NCBI GenBank assembly: GCA_049999805.1
Contig: JBNGIO010006333.1
Location: 277,675 to 321,354, forward strand
From: Folioceros fuciformis
Lineage: Eukaryota
DNA length: 43,680 nt
Direction: 5' to 3'
Below, piece by piece: positions 1 to 12,016 of the stretch (its first letter is position 1; each line of letters begins with the position of its first letter). A program made the translations under genes and the position numbers. Under the pieces are notes generated by a model. It was not told the origin of the DNA. It did not search any database and saw nothing but the letters and a program-made list of their open reading frames with translations.

Positions 1-2619
1 TCGGAGGAGGAGGAGGGGGAGGAGGAGGAGGTCGTCTGGTTGAAGAAGGGCCGCAAGCCAGCGTGGGGGGATGCGCAACTGTCTGCTCGGGAGATGAGTC
101 CATGTCCCTCTGGCCGGAGCTTCCCGCATGCTGCTCACTCTCGAGTGCCGGGAGGTTGGGGTAGAAGCGTGACAGCTGAAGCCGTGAGCTGGCTTTGTCA
201 TGAGAGCCATCTCGATGAGGCCGTTGAGGCTTTGGAAATTCTGGTGCGGAGGGGGAGCTGTGTTTCCACGTCTCTCGTTTACACTGTCCTGATGAAGTGT
301 GCTGCCAAGAAGGATGTGGCTCTGGGGAGCCGTGTCCACGCTCTCACGGTGGAGAAGGGGTTACGGGCGGACACTCTCCTGTGCAATCATGTTCTGCGAA
401 TGTATGCTTCTCATGGCAGATTGGAAGAGGCGATGGAGGTGTTTGAGTCCGTTGCGGAGCCGGATGCCTTCACCTGGTCCTCCATAATTTCTGCTCATGT
501 CAGACACGGGCACGACAAGCAGGCTGTGGAGCTGTATCATCGGATGCGCAGGTCCGATGTTAGGCCGGATGGTCATGTGTTTGTGGCAGCCCTTCAGGCT
601 TGTGCAAGGGGCGCAGACCTGGAGTCTGGGCAGCAGGTGCATGCTGATGTGTTGGCCAGTGGTGCGGCGCCCGATTTGTTTGTTTGGAACTGCTTGGTGA
701 GCATGTACGCAAAGTGTGGCAACCTGGAAGAAGCTCGGAGAGTGTTTGACGGACTTGGTGAGAAGGACGTGGTGACGTGGAATGCCCTGATTGGAGGCTA
801 TTCTCAGCAGGGCATGGGGCAGGAAGCTCTGCATCTGTATGCTGCTATGCAAGGCTTCGCTGCACCCAATTCTGTCACGTTTGTGTGTCTTCTGCAGGCG
901 TGTGCGAGCCTGGGGACCGCAGCATTGGAGAGCGGGAAGCAACTTCATGCACGAATCAGAGAACAAGGACTGGAAGCTGATGTGTTTGTAGCCAATAGCT
1001 TAGTGAACATGTACGCAAAGTGTGGTAGCCTGGAAGATGCGCAAGCTGTGTTTGATGGACTTGGCATGAAGAATGTGGTGACATGGAATGCCATGATAGC
1101 AGGGTATTCACAGCAGGGACTGGGGCCGGAAGCCCTTAGACTTTACACATGTATGGAGAAGCATCGGGCTGTACCCAACTCCGTGACATTCATGTGCCTC
1201 TTGCAGGCATGTGCGAGTGTGGGCACCTCAGCGTTGGACATGGGAAAGCAGCTGCATTCGAAAATGAGATATCAAGGACAGCAAGTCGATGTGTTTCTAG
1301 GGAGTGGTTTGGTGAACATGTATGCAAAGTGTGGGAGCTTGGAAGATGCTCGCAGAGTGTTTGACGTACTTGACTACAAAGACGTGGTGACATGGACTGC
1401 CTTGATAGCAGGGTATTCTCAAAAGGGCATGGGGCATGAAGCCCTGTGTCTCTATAGTGGTATGCAAGAAGATGGCATCGCTGTACCTAATGCAGTGACA
1501 CTGGTATGCCTCCTACAGGCATGTGCGAGTGTGGGTACCCCAGCCCTGGAGAAGGGAAAGCAGCTTCATACTCATATTAGAGAAAAAGGATTGGAGGCCG
1601 ATGTGTTTGTATCCAGCAGTTTGGTGAACATGTATGCAAAGTGTGGCAGCTTGGAGAATGCTCAGACCGTGTTCAACGACCTAGTTCAAAAAGATTCGGT
1701 GACCTGGAATGCCATGATAGCAGGGTATTCCCAGCAGGGCATGGGGCAGGAAGCCCTTCGTCTCTACAGCCGTATGCAAAAAGAAGGCATAGCTGTACCT
1801 GATGCTGTTACGTTTGTGTGCCTCCTGCAGGCATGTGCAAACGTGGCAGCCCTGTGTGTAGGGAGGCAGTTACATGCCCGGATTGTAGAACAAGGGCTTC
1901 AGGCCGATGTGTTCGTGGTGAGCAGTTTGATGAACATGTATGGAAAGTCAGGAAGCATGCCTGATGCACAGCAGTTGTTTTCTACGTTGCCTGAAAGAGG
2001 TATCATTGCCTGGAATTCATTGATTGCAGGTTATGCCTGCCAAGGAGAGAGCCAAGCTGTCTTTGACTTGGTCGAAACAATGACCAAAGAGGGTGTCGAG
2101 CCAGACGGCGTCACATTCCTCAGTGTCCTGACTGTGTGCAGTCATGGGGGCCTTGTGAACAAGGGCCGGGAGTATTTCGATGCCATGAGCAAACGGTACG
2201 GCATCCAACCTACGGAGGAGCACTACGCATGCATGGTGGATATCCTGGGTCGTGCTGGACAAGTGGGTGAGGCACTGAAAATCGTGAGGTCGATGTCTGT
2301 ACAGCCCAACGTTGCAGTTTGGCACACTTTGCTGGCTGCGTGTCGAAAATGGGACAACCTGGAGGTGGCACGCCATGCCTTCAATGAAGCAGTGAAACTA
2401 GATAAGAGCGATGCTGCAGCTTATGTCTTGATGTCAAACATATATACTGGTGCCCAGATGTGGGAGCAGGCAAAGAAGTCGAGGGCGAGGCGACTGAAAG
2501 TTAGAGCATGGAAGCAGCCAGGTCAGAGCTGGTGGACAGACAATGAGGGTCGGGTGCATAGTTTTTTGGTTGGGGACGAGAAGCAACCTCGGAGCAAAGA
2601 CGAAGCAGGCAAGTCTTAA
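1..2619 (+). CDS. PLS-class pentatricopeptide repeat protein with E/E+ extension and truncated DYW (WW-type PG box); probable organellar RNA-editing specificity factor; 5' end may lie outside the window
   Basis: Intronless ORF of repeated P-L-S motifs (LVNMYAKCGSLEDA..VFD, VVTWNAMIAGYSQQG, PNSVTFVCLLQACAS). These are followed by L2/S2 (FLSVLTVCSHGGLV, HYACMVDILGRAG), E (VWHTLLAACR, YVLMSNIY) and KQPGQSWWTD..HSFLVGD, then a stop at 2617-2619. The frame is open from base 1 (poly-Glu); the first in-frame ATG is at 94. Confidence 0.93.
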   Translation, partial: SEEEEGEEEEVVWLKKGRKPAWGDAQLSAREMSPCPSGRSFPHAAHSRVPGGWGRSVTAEAVSWLCHESHLDEAVEALEILVRRGSCVSTSLVYTVLMKCAAKKDVALGSRVHALTVEKGLRADTLLCNHVLRMYASHGRLEEAMEVFESVAEPDAFTWSSIISAHVRHGHDKQAVELYHRMRRSDVRPDGHVFVAALQACARGADLESGQQVHADVLASGAAPDLFVWNCLVSMYAKCGNLEEARRVFDGLGEKDVVTWNALIGGYSQQGMGQEALHLYAAMQGFAAPNSVTFVCLLQACASLGTAALESGKQLHARIREQGLEADVFVANSLVNMYAKCGSLEDAQAVFDGLGMKNVVTWNAMIAGYSQQGLGPEALRLYTCMEKHRAVPNSVTFMCLLQACASVGTSALDMGKQLHSKMRYQGQQVDVFLGSGLVNMYAKCGSLEDARRVFDVLDYKDVVTWTALIAGYSQKGMGHEALCLYSGMQEDGIAVPNAVTLVCLLQACASVGTPALEKGKQLHTHIREKGLEADVFVSSSLVNMYAKCGSLENAQTVFNDLVQKDSVTWNAMIAGYSQQGMGQEALRLYSRMQKEGIAVPDAVTFVCLLQACANVAALCVGRQLHARIVEQGLQADVFVVSSLMNMYGKSGSMPDAQQLFSTLPERGIIAWNSLIAGYACQGESQAVFDLVETMTKEGVEPDGVTFLSVLTVCSHGGLVNKGREYFDAMSKRYGIQPTEEHYACMVDILGRAGQVGEALKIVRSMSVQPNVAVWHTLLAACRKWDNLEVARHAFNEAVKLDKSDAAAYVLMSNIYTGAQMWEQAKKSRARRLKVRAWKQPGQSWWTDNEGRVHSFLVGDEKQPRSKDEAGKS

Positions 2620-4239
2620 AATATATTTCTCTCTTGCTTAATTATCCCCTGATTAGTATCGATGTGCCGCGTGTCGCCGGACTTGCGGCAGTCGAATGCT
2701 GAACTATTAGAGCGGGAGACATCCAGTGGTAGACGAGGAAGTAGTAGACAGAGGGTAGGCTGGCCGGCAGCTCGGAATAAACAGGATTGGCTAGACGCAC
2801 CATGCATTCCTCCGCCGCTACATTTAGCGGCAGACATGCGTGAAGAAGTGCATGCCATCTCTTCACCACTGCATTTAGTAGCGATGTAGAAAAGTGGCAG
2901 CTGCCTCTGAAAGGCGCATGCATGCTTCTCCTAAAAGCTTGTACGTGGTAACAGGAGAAAGTTTGTCAGCAACATGCACCTGACGAGATCGGGAGGCAGA
3001 GGGGTACGACGAGGTCTCCAGCTGTGGCGTATCCCATCGCATCCACTGGGACAAGTTGCGTGTTGGACATGCCTCACAAAGTCACGCTTCTCCCTTGACG
3101 AGATCGATAGTCTAAAGCGACTTCTAATGTGAATGATTACCTGGCGATTAAAGTATGAATTTATGTCATGCAAACCTGGACCGGAATGTCCCGCATCTCC
3201 TTCCCTATACCATAAACGGCTGGAAAGCTAGCCGGGAATGAAATCCGAGGGCCATCATCCAATGGAAAGCTTCCTTTCGTATGGTTGGCTTGAATTCACA
3301 GGGCCCATCACTTTGAGAACAAGGCTCGCACATTTCCGGGAGGTTCCATTTCGAAATCGACTCCGACCAGAACATCGCGTCGTGAATCCCTAGGCCTGGT
3401 CGAATGGGAGGTAAGAGTTTCAAACGTGAACAGTTGCGGAAGGCGGTACCAGCAGGACAGCAGGTGGCCAGAAATTTGGATTCAAAACTTCGTGGGCCCG
3501 CGGAAAATTGAAGAGCAAAGGCGAGGGCAATGGCCGCGAGGGCGATGGCGAGGGCAATGACAAAGCGCGCTAAAGATATTCCTTGTGTGAAGCACAAGGT
3601 TCCCTAGTGAGATCCGCGCCAAAAAGTCCATGGTCGAGTTGTGCCAACCCGCCGCTATGTAAATTCAAGAAAAGAAGACTTTTATTGGCGGCTCGTCGGG
3701 CAGGGCCCAGGTACAGGGATAGCCACCCGCGCTCACCGTCCGATCCCAACTGGTGCCATCTGGAACCAGTCCGAAGGATCCTCGTCCCGTCCCGTTTCGG
3801 TTGCGTTTCGTTTCGTTCCGTTCCGTCATCGGCGTCGGGCCCGCCCGACGGCACCCTGGTGGGAGTGGTGAGGAAGGCCGGGCGCTTTCATGGTGGAGCT
3901 TCCTGCGAGTGCATTCTTGTGTGCACCCAGGGCGCGAAGTGGATGCGACCTTGGCGGGCTTTGTCCTGTGCTCTGCTGCGCGGTATCTGCAACCTCTTTC
4001 GTCATAGCAGCACCTGCTTCATCTGGGTGCTCACTTGCTCAGTTCTTGACTTAGCGCTCTGCTGCCTTGAGCACTAGCGGGGTCCATGAAATGGCGGCCA
4101 GCACCCAGGGCGCTGTCCTGTCGGGGAGACTGGAGCATGTGGTGCATAGATGATACCCGTCTCCTGCTCCTGCCGTGCGCGCTGAATTCGGATCTGCCGC
4201 AGCGGGACTGAGGAAGGGAGTGAGCAAGGATCTGCCCTC

Positions 4240-6603
4240 ATGTCTGTCGTCATGCGGCTCCCCAGCCTTGGCGCCAGCACCTGCGTCTCTTCCGGAAATG
4301 CTAGCTCTAGCTTTGAACTAGGCCGGGAGCCTGTGCCGCTCTCGGTCATCGGGACTTCCGAGGTGCGTCCCGTCCTATGAATTCTTCTCTTATCTCTTCG
4401 GAATTCTGACCTGCTTGGGGGTAATTGCCCCTGCTGTTGTTGGACTGTGTGGAACATGTTTCCCGGACGGGATTTTGCTTGGAGCTCTGGATTTTGCTTT
4501 GTGCTTGCCTTGCTCATGTTCGTACATCGTGGTGGAATCCGCCATTTCGCAGAACGCTCAGATTTCCGGACACATGTGGCAATTGGCAGCGTACGGCAAC
4601 CGAACCCCCGTGAGACCATTGGTTTACAAGTCGAGTTTGTCATTGAAGTGCAGGTGTAGTAGTGCTTTATGCTCCAGACGGAGAACTCCTTCCGCGGCAG
4701 AAGAGGACGCACGCTTTAAGGCGTCGGCTGCAGCGGATCCTTCAGCAACGAGTGCTCCAAGCTGTGTGTTTCTGGTGGATGTAGATGGTAAGCACTGCCA
4801 GTTGAAGAGCTTCCGGTGGAGGTCAGGTTCGTGATGAGAGTCTGACACTCGTCTTTTGCAGAGGAACGTGATGGATCCGTCATCTTCAGATTTGGTAACG
4901 TGGACCAGGTCTTGGCTTGGGATAAGGTGGTGTCTTTCATCTATGACGGAGCAAAGGACGCGTCTCGCTTCAACCGAGCCTCTGCGATCTGTCAGGAACT
5001 CTTAGGAATAGCAGAGTTCTCTCACTCTGGGCCTACGTTTTACAGCGGAAGTGCTGGAACAGTTCCTCGTTGGGCTATGATGAATGAAATGCTCAAGGAT
5101 CTTGCCCACTCTGTAGCCCCGCAAGGAAGGAAGAGTGCCTCCTTCACGCCCGTCAGTACATCGGAGACTGCCGGCGTGTGGCAGAGGTCAGATGGGGTCT
5201 ATGGCCTTGGAGGAGGAATTCGAGCTGGCAGGACTGGCACACGGTGTCAAGATTGGCTTGAAATCAATTGCATCTCAGGGCTGCACGCTCCCAGCTTTGA
5301 TATGGTGGATTGGGGATCTATTCCTTTCTTTGCCCAGCAGGCCAAACCTAGGAGAGATGTTCAGGTGTATGCCCGACAGCCAGCACTTTCTGCAGGAGTT
5401 CACCCAAAGCTATTTGAAGATCCCCGGCGTGAAGGTGTGCTGGAGTTAAGAAGACAGAGTGAATTGGACAACTCAAGCAACCGGCAAGCTCCGCTGGCAG
5501 CTGTTCAATCATCTACTGCATTCATTTGGCTGCCACTCCAAGACAACGAGAAGCCAGCTGTACATGTCGATCGTACAATGTCAAGGTTTGTGCTAACTCG
5601 GCAGGGGATGGCATGTGAAGCAACTGCTCAATCATGTGAAGCGCAGTTATTTTGCTTGGGTGCCAGTTTTGAAGTTTTTCAGAGTTGTCTAGGGCTCTGT
5701 GCTGTCAAGATGTTCTGGATGTCAGAGGAGGTCATGATTTGCTTGCATCAGACAAGTTCTGATGGCCCCCTCATATGTCTCGGTTCAGGGCTGCAAAGTT
5801 GAAGGTGATGGGTGCCAAGAGATTGGCTTCTGCGAAGACATCTGGAAGAGTCAGTGGTACCAAAAGGTTTGATGTTTCCCTGGCTTTCTTGGCTGATTGG
5901 TATGCNNNNNNNNNNNNNNNNNNNNNNNNNNNNNNNNNNNNNNNNNNNNNNNNNNNNNNNNNNNNNNNNNNNNNNNNNNNNNNNNNNNNNNNNNNNNNNN
6001 NNNNNGTCCTCTACATTCCATTTTTTCGTTTCTCGAAGTGAGCTAAGGCTGGTTTCCTGTGGTTTGCTTAGGGCGCCAAACAAAAGGGTTGCAAGAACAG
6101 CTGTGAAGGCAGAAGCGAAAGTGCACGGACGGAAGGCCACAATAAAGCCTAGAGACCTTTTTCACAACAATCCCCTGCAGGTTATGGATTTCCTTCTGGG
6201 ACAGCCCTTCTTGCAGGCGAAGTGCTCTAATGCGGAGTTTCTTTTGGCAATGAGGAAAGAATATGCGCAGGAGCTGGCTGCGTGCCTGAATCAATTTGCA
6301 GTTGGGATCGCGGGGGGTGGGCTAGCCATGATTCTGTACGTGGCCTCGCGCATGCTATGTGTCAACGCTGTATTCGACAACGGCAAGATAATCATAATCA
6401 TCCGAGGAGTATGCCTGTTGTGGTTAGCTGCCGCCATGCGCAGCGTGAGAAAGGTGATTCTCAGTCTGAAAAATGAATCCATCAGTCTCTCAACGAAGGC
6501 AAGGGATAGCCAACAGGTAGCCCGGCTTAAGAAGGAGTTAAAGGCTTTATCGTTCAAAGCACTTGGAGTCATGTTTATATCTGTTGTGGGTGTCATAGTA
6601 TAA
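4240..6603 (+). CDS. Uncharacterised multi-exon plant protein with C-terminal hydrophobic (transmembrane) segments; interrupted by an assembly gap
   Basis: Plausible spliced chain: MSVVMRLPSLG..GTSE / NAQISGHMW..FLVDVD / EERDGSVIFRFGN.. / ... / last exon ..RDLFHNNPLQVMDFLL..LNQFAVGIAGGGLAMILYVASRMLC..GVCLLWLAAAM..ALGVMFISVVGVIV, stop at 6601-6603. GT-AG boundaries are visible near 4362, 4552, 4788 and 4861. Internal exons and the start are uncertain. Confidence 0.55.
5906..6005. other. Assembly gap (100 N)
   Basis: Run of exactly 100 N. Confidence 1.
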
Positions 6604-8064
6604 TGCATTCCTTACCACATCCGATTTTGTCAACAGAAATGGCATGGGATTATAGCTTTTTGGTTTTTATAGGCGGGTACAGATGAAGTTGTACAGTGAG
6701 AAGTATTTGAGGCCGTGGTGGAACAGCTCATGCTTTATGGAGTTCCATTGACCGGCGAGCGACGTTGCTGCACTTCCACAGGTTCAGTGAATAAGAAGCA
6801 GTGTTGCTTCGTGAGTCGGGTTGATATTGCTCAACTTTGTATATTCCGAGATAACATAAACCAGTGTATCATCATTTGGTCATTTTATACTGGCGAATGT
6901 TGCCCTGGATGTCCAAAGTATATGGAGTCTGTTTTGATCCGCGCATAGCTTTATGTGGGGTAGTAGATAGATTCTGCAAACCTTGTCCGATTAGCATTTG
7001 CGCCAGTCACTGCATCCCACTCTGGAGACCCATAGTTTCAGACCAGACCACGTCTAGATTACACAGCTTCAAATGGGACTCCTAGTGCTGCCTGATTTTC
7101 ATTGACGACCACATACTTAAGGACATATCATCTGCGCCACATCGATATTAGGTTGCCCAATGTGCTGCATCTGGGTCCCAAGGATGGATGAAGCCACGTT
7201 GAGAATTGTGTGGTCCTTTTGTTCGCCATTAATGCCTATTAATGATTTAATGTTTTCTATATTCGATTGTGAATTGGGATGTTTATGTGTTATTACGTGT
7301 GAACAAGAAGCACATGGACATGACTAATTGCAAAAAGATTTCGCTGTCCTCGTAGCCGTTTGTAATTACTACTGTCCAGAAGATTTTGGACCAAGCGAGT
7401 CAAGCAAGGCATGGGACTACAAGTACCGTGAATGAAGAAAGCGTGGCCGTACGTTTCACTTATGCTGGGCATGTTTCACGATAGAAGTAGCGAAGACATG
7501 GGGTGCAACAGAAGCTGCCACCGGACGTGTCTTCACGTCTCCAAAAACGTTAATGATTGAATTAAATTATCATTTAACATTGATTGTGACAAGCCCGATT
7601 TGAATTCAATCACATACCAGAGCAGTAAACCTAAATATCGCAACGATCCGGGATAGTCCATGCACGACAGCATCAGACCAAGACCAGAATAGACCTGACG
7701 CCACAACCGGTCTGAGAGCACCAGAGTTGTATTTGATGCGTATCAGAGTCGAAGTCACCTACGACGTGAACTTGGGTTATCTAAAGTGGGCAAAATTCAT
7801 CTCCAGACTACAGTAATTTGAAAGATACGGATCAAACACGTACTATTAATTAACCGCAAGGATGGAACCGGGCCCTCTACGGGCCACAGAACACGCGAGC
7901 AGAATGCTGGTCAGAGCAAGTTGTGCTCCCATTGTGTCTTTGCGGTTTGAAGACCGGCAAGAAGTCCCTCCAAAAGGTCTACTACGTAGACGTGCCCCAA
8001 CACGAGGAGTTGTCCGTAGCAGAGTCGCTGGAATCCACAGGTTCATAGTCTCTGGAATCTCACG

Positions 8065-10524
8065 TCAAACGGCAGGCTTGTAAAAAGAGGTGATGCTGGA
8101 AGATCTGAGGTTGGGATTCTCCTTCCTCTTCTTTTTGGACTTGCTCGCCACAGTAGGATCTGCGCGTGCTTGCTTCTTCACTACACTGGACCACACACCG
8201 AGATCCTGATCACTTCTAGTGGCAGCGCCCAAGCCGCTGTCTGGTCCTCCACCTAAAGCATGCTCTTCGGTGTTCGCTTTCAGAACTCTTTCAGGCTTCA
8301 CCCACTCGGCGTCACCGTGTTTAGGGACCCCACCTGCACCTCCTGCATGTTCACCTCCCTCCTGATCTGACTGATCCAAATCTCCAACGTCACCACCCCC
8401 ATAGGTAGCATCGTTGTAGTCTGTCCAGCGTTCATCTTTTTCTTGCTCTCTGGCGCCAGCTTCTGGTTCCAAACGCGTGGATTGCTTTTGGACATTTTCA
8501 TCAGCAGGCGAGGTCTTGAAGAACTTTTGAAGGGTGCTTTTTGAAGCTGCCAGGTATTTTGATTTCCAGTCAAGAACTAAATCCCCAAGTTTCTGTGAAA
8601 GGTTTCTTGCGTTCGTTATAGCCTGATCTTCCCATATTGTTCCCCACAGGAAGTACACGGGCCCCTACCACAGCATCATGTTCTGACATGTTATCAACTT
8701 GAACTTGCGGAAGATGCCGGATATGTAACCATGAGTTGGAGATAGAGCAGTACCTCCAGGTTGTCTGGTAACTTATTCTTCAAGCGATCTTCCCACGTAG
8801 ATAGCTCACTGGAGGAGAGGACGCGATCGGTGCCCTGTACAATGCAGGCAATAACGATCAGAAGGCTATACCGGACCACCTGCCAGTTTGAGGACACCCT
8901 TCTCAGCGAACATCCCCATTCACGAGCTCTGCCTCACCTCCCGACGATGTAACCTGATGTACATATACCTAGGATCTGTGCAAGCCCATGCAATAGGTAG
9001 AATGGCCACCACCTGCGCATTGAAATAGTCATATCCTGTAGAAAGAAGATGGATCTAATCCATCTACAAATCAAGGCAGCAGCTAGAAGGGTACCAAGCT
9101 CTCAGAAAGCCTTCCTTTCAAGTATGTCTCATGCTCGAGCTCATCCTGCAAGAAAACATTTTCCAAAACTAAGACATGGACACGTCCCCCGGACAAGGAC
9201 GTCCTTCCAAAGGCTTCAACCAAATGGATATCTGCAATCTGCCTTGAGCAAAGGCTGCTTACCGCAGCAACAAGTGCAATTTGATTTTCTGTTAACCACT
9301 GGGTAGTTCGAGCTGCATGTTCTTGGTTGAACCAGTCCCTACATCTAAATTCCACGGCCTGCCCACAACCAGCAGTTGCTACTGAGATGGCTGGCTGCCA
9401 CCCAAGAGTTTCCAAAATGAGTGCGAAATTGGACGGGGATAACCATACCATGGGAAACCTGGGATATAGACATTGGCGACACCACATGACATGTTTCCTG
9501 TGCTCATCCGAAGGCTTGAAAGTCAAGTGAAACTGCCAGCCAAACCACCTCTCCAGTTCATTCTCTAGCAGGAAGGAGGCAGCTGTGACAGAAGGCATGG
9601 AGGAAACCAGAACAGGAGAACGACATACTTGAAAAACCACGACGCCCAACGCTCCAGCTTTGTAGACAGGCAGAAGTGCATCATTGAAGATCTGCCACAA
9701 TTCAGCCCTGCCTCCCTCAATCTCAGGGGCGTACCAAAACTTGCATGACCACCCGCAGAAACGGTGCCCGACAGGTGATGGAAACCGTACTTATGGTCAG
9801 GTGACAAGCTGTTCAGTTGCACAGTACTATCAGGCGGGCACTTGATCTGGTTCTTGATCTGGTAAGGTAGTGCGCCGTACGGGCATGACTTGCTACAAAG
9901 CACAGCAACCAAATCACAGTAGCTGAGCTGTTAACAAGGTCACACGCTCATCCTGAGCAGTGAACATCAGCACGCAAGGACCCGATGGACCGAATCGACA
10001 GCCCACCAACCTGCAGAAGAAACCGAAGACTTTGAAGTGGAAAAGGAAGCCCTTGGGTACACAGGCTAACCACCGGGATATGGAAGCTTTGGTTGGAATT
10101 GCATAGTTGGAGCTGTCCACCTCAACGCCTGCGACAGCACGCCCGATGTCACCACCCACCGGCCCGGCCTGGCCCGTCCCGCCCCTGACCTAGATCCGCT
10201 GTATGTTCATGCACATGTCCGAAAAGACATTTTAAATACATGGAAACTGGGTACTGTAATGTCGTAGACGATCCTCTGCGGTGCGAGAAGACGCGGGGAA
10301 AAACCTCCCACACCGTGCCAAGGTGGGATCCGTCCAGCCTGCACAGGGCGATGAATCGAGGCGTGCAGGTGAGATGCCCCATTTCCGAGCGGGACCGGAA
10401 ACCTTGTGTCAGTCATTCTTCAGAAGGAAGGGATGACAGAAAGAAATAAGGGGCTCACTCACTACTCACCAGTGGTCCCCATCCAGACCTTCCGAACGGG
10501 GGAAGACTGTCCCTCTCCCGCCAT
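8065..10524 (-). CDS. DUF72 (YecE-like) TIM-barrel protein, about 10 exons, with a long low-complexity C-terminal tail
   Basis: Spliced translation: MAGEGQSSPVRKVWMGTTG/WTDPTLARCGRFFP..EDRLRHYSTQFP/CVEVDSSNYAIPTKASISRWLACVPKGFLFHFKVFG../..GALGVVVFQ/FHLTFKPS../AVEFRCRDWF..LVAA/DELEHE../..YMYIRLHRRE/GTDRVLSSSELSTWEDRL../GPVYFLWGTIWEDQAITNARNL. This follows the DUF72 motif order (GTxGW, VEVxSxxY, FxFxxK, LxQ, AVEFR, YxRLH, ELxxW, AxxNA). Junctions are GT-AG. Confidence 0.85.
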
Positions 10525-12016
10525 CGCCCGCGCACATGCCCTGATGATCGTCAGCAAAGAGATAATCGCCAGGTGGGTTAGTAAGTACTGTCGGCCAGGA
10601 GAAAAGCAGGCCTTGAATCCACGAGCAACAAGAGCAGTGAGAGCGGGAAAAACCGTAGTAGTGTCAGGGTTGTCAGGCCGCCAGGCGACGGTGCGGGCAG
10701 TGCAGCGACGAGTCACTCCGTGGCGTGGGCGACAGGGTTGCGCTCACCCACATATGCCTCCTGGCCAGTCCCACCACTCTTTGGACTGCGTTCTGCCACG
10801 CGGCGCCTTCCTGCGTGATACAGATCAGCAGCCATTTCCAGGGTGCGCTGTGGAGCAATCTTGCATACATATTCCGCGGTCCATCGCATTACCCTGCACC
10901 GCACCAAGTGTTTAGATGAGCCCGCCCTTTTCAGCCCGGGCCGGGTCCGGGGGACTGGGGACTGGGAGAGCGGAGCGAGGGGCTGGGTGGAAAGGGAGCA
11001 GGGGACTTGCGTTCCCGCCGCCTCTCTTCTGCTCCGACCTCTTCTCGCGTCTCCTCTCCTCGCCTCGCCCGCCCGCGCCCTGGCCGAGCGTGCGCCTTTC
11101 TCTCGTGTCCTCAAACTTACAGCTAATGAATTGATAGCGAGCGCGGGGGAGCTGGGCTGTGGCCGCCGTGCTTGCCTATCAATTGGTTAGCTGTAAGTCT
11201 GAGCTCGAAGATGCACTACGCCCGGCTACGGCACCGGGGGCGGGCACGGGCTCAGGGTCGGGGTCGTTTGCCTCATGTGATCGAAAGTGGGTGCACTGTG
11301 CACATCTGGCTGGAGCTCCGAGTCAGTCACAATGTGCGAAAGCGTTGTTTGCACGAGCACATGTTGTGGATCTGGAAGTGTCCCTCTGAGAGCCCTGGGT
11401 TTTGCCGGACTGCGTCCTAGATTTGTACAGTGTGGAATGGGCGCAGGCGTAAGTAGGAAATGCCAACGTTGGGAAATGCAGATGCAGAACGGATCGCACG
11501 ATTGGTAGCCGATCCGGTATCTAAGGGTGCTTTGCTTTGCAGACTGCAGGGTCATCCCTTCCGAAGGTGCCCGACGAATCGGATGCTCATGTGAATTTTG
11601 ACACGGCCTGCCGTTGTTCTTCTTGACAGTCCGTACGTTGTAGATAATGTTGTGTGGCTCAGATTGGCAACAGGTGCAGGGACGTCGCTTTGTTAGCTAT
11701 AGTAGTAGAGAAAACGCTCAAAGCCACAAGTAACATAGACACCGGCATTGGCACTGGCAGGAGTAGAATTTCGTGGACTTGGTCGTCGGATTGCCCAAGA
11801 ATCAGGCCCCGTGCAATTTGGGTGAAGCGAACCCAGCGCCTAGCCGGGCCCCCTCGCATAATCCAGACAGTCCCAGGGGACAGAAGTTGCTTTGACGAAA
11901 TGGTCCTCGCGTTCCCCGTCCAAATATCTCGGCACAGTACAGTAGGTGGAAAGAAATATCTAACAGCTGCCAATCACACAAGGCAATGTGTTTTAGCTCA
12001 GTGCTAGGATGAGCCC

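Noticed and set aside
361-2376. Long antisense ORFs over real genes (also 25799-26497, 38175-38666, 41065-41688)
   Set aside because: These are shadow ORFs produced by codon bias on the coding strand.
2620-3600. Possible hidden DYW exon, or a small minus-strand gene (ORF 3205-3597)
   Set aside because: No HxE/CxxC/DYW motifs in any frame. The hydrophobic stretch of the ORF comes from a (CGCCAT/CGCCCT)-type microsatellite.
10700-12010. Many short overlapping ORFs upstream of DUF72 (likewise 41450-42600 upstream of ATL)
   Set aside because: GC-rich, low-complexity promoter or UTR sequence with no recognisable protein motifs or consistent splice chain.
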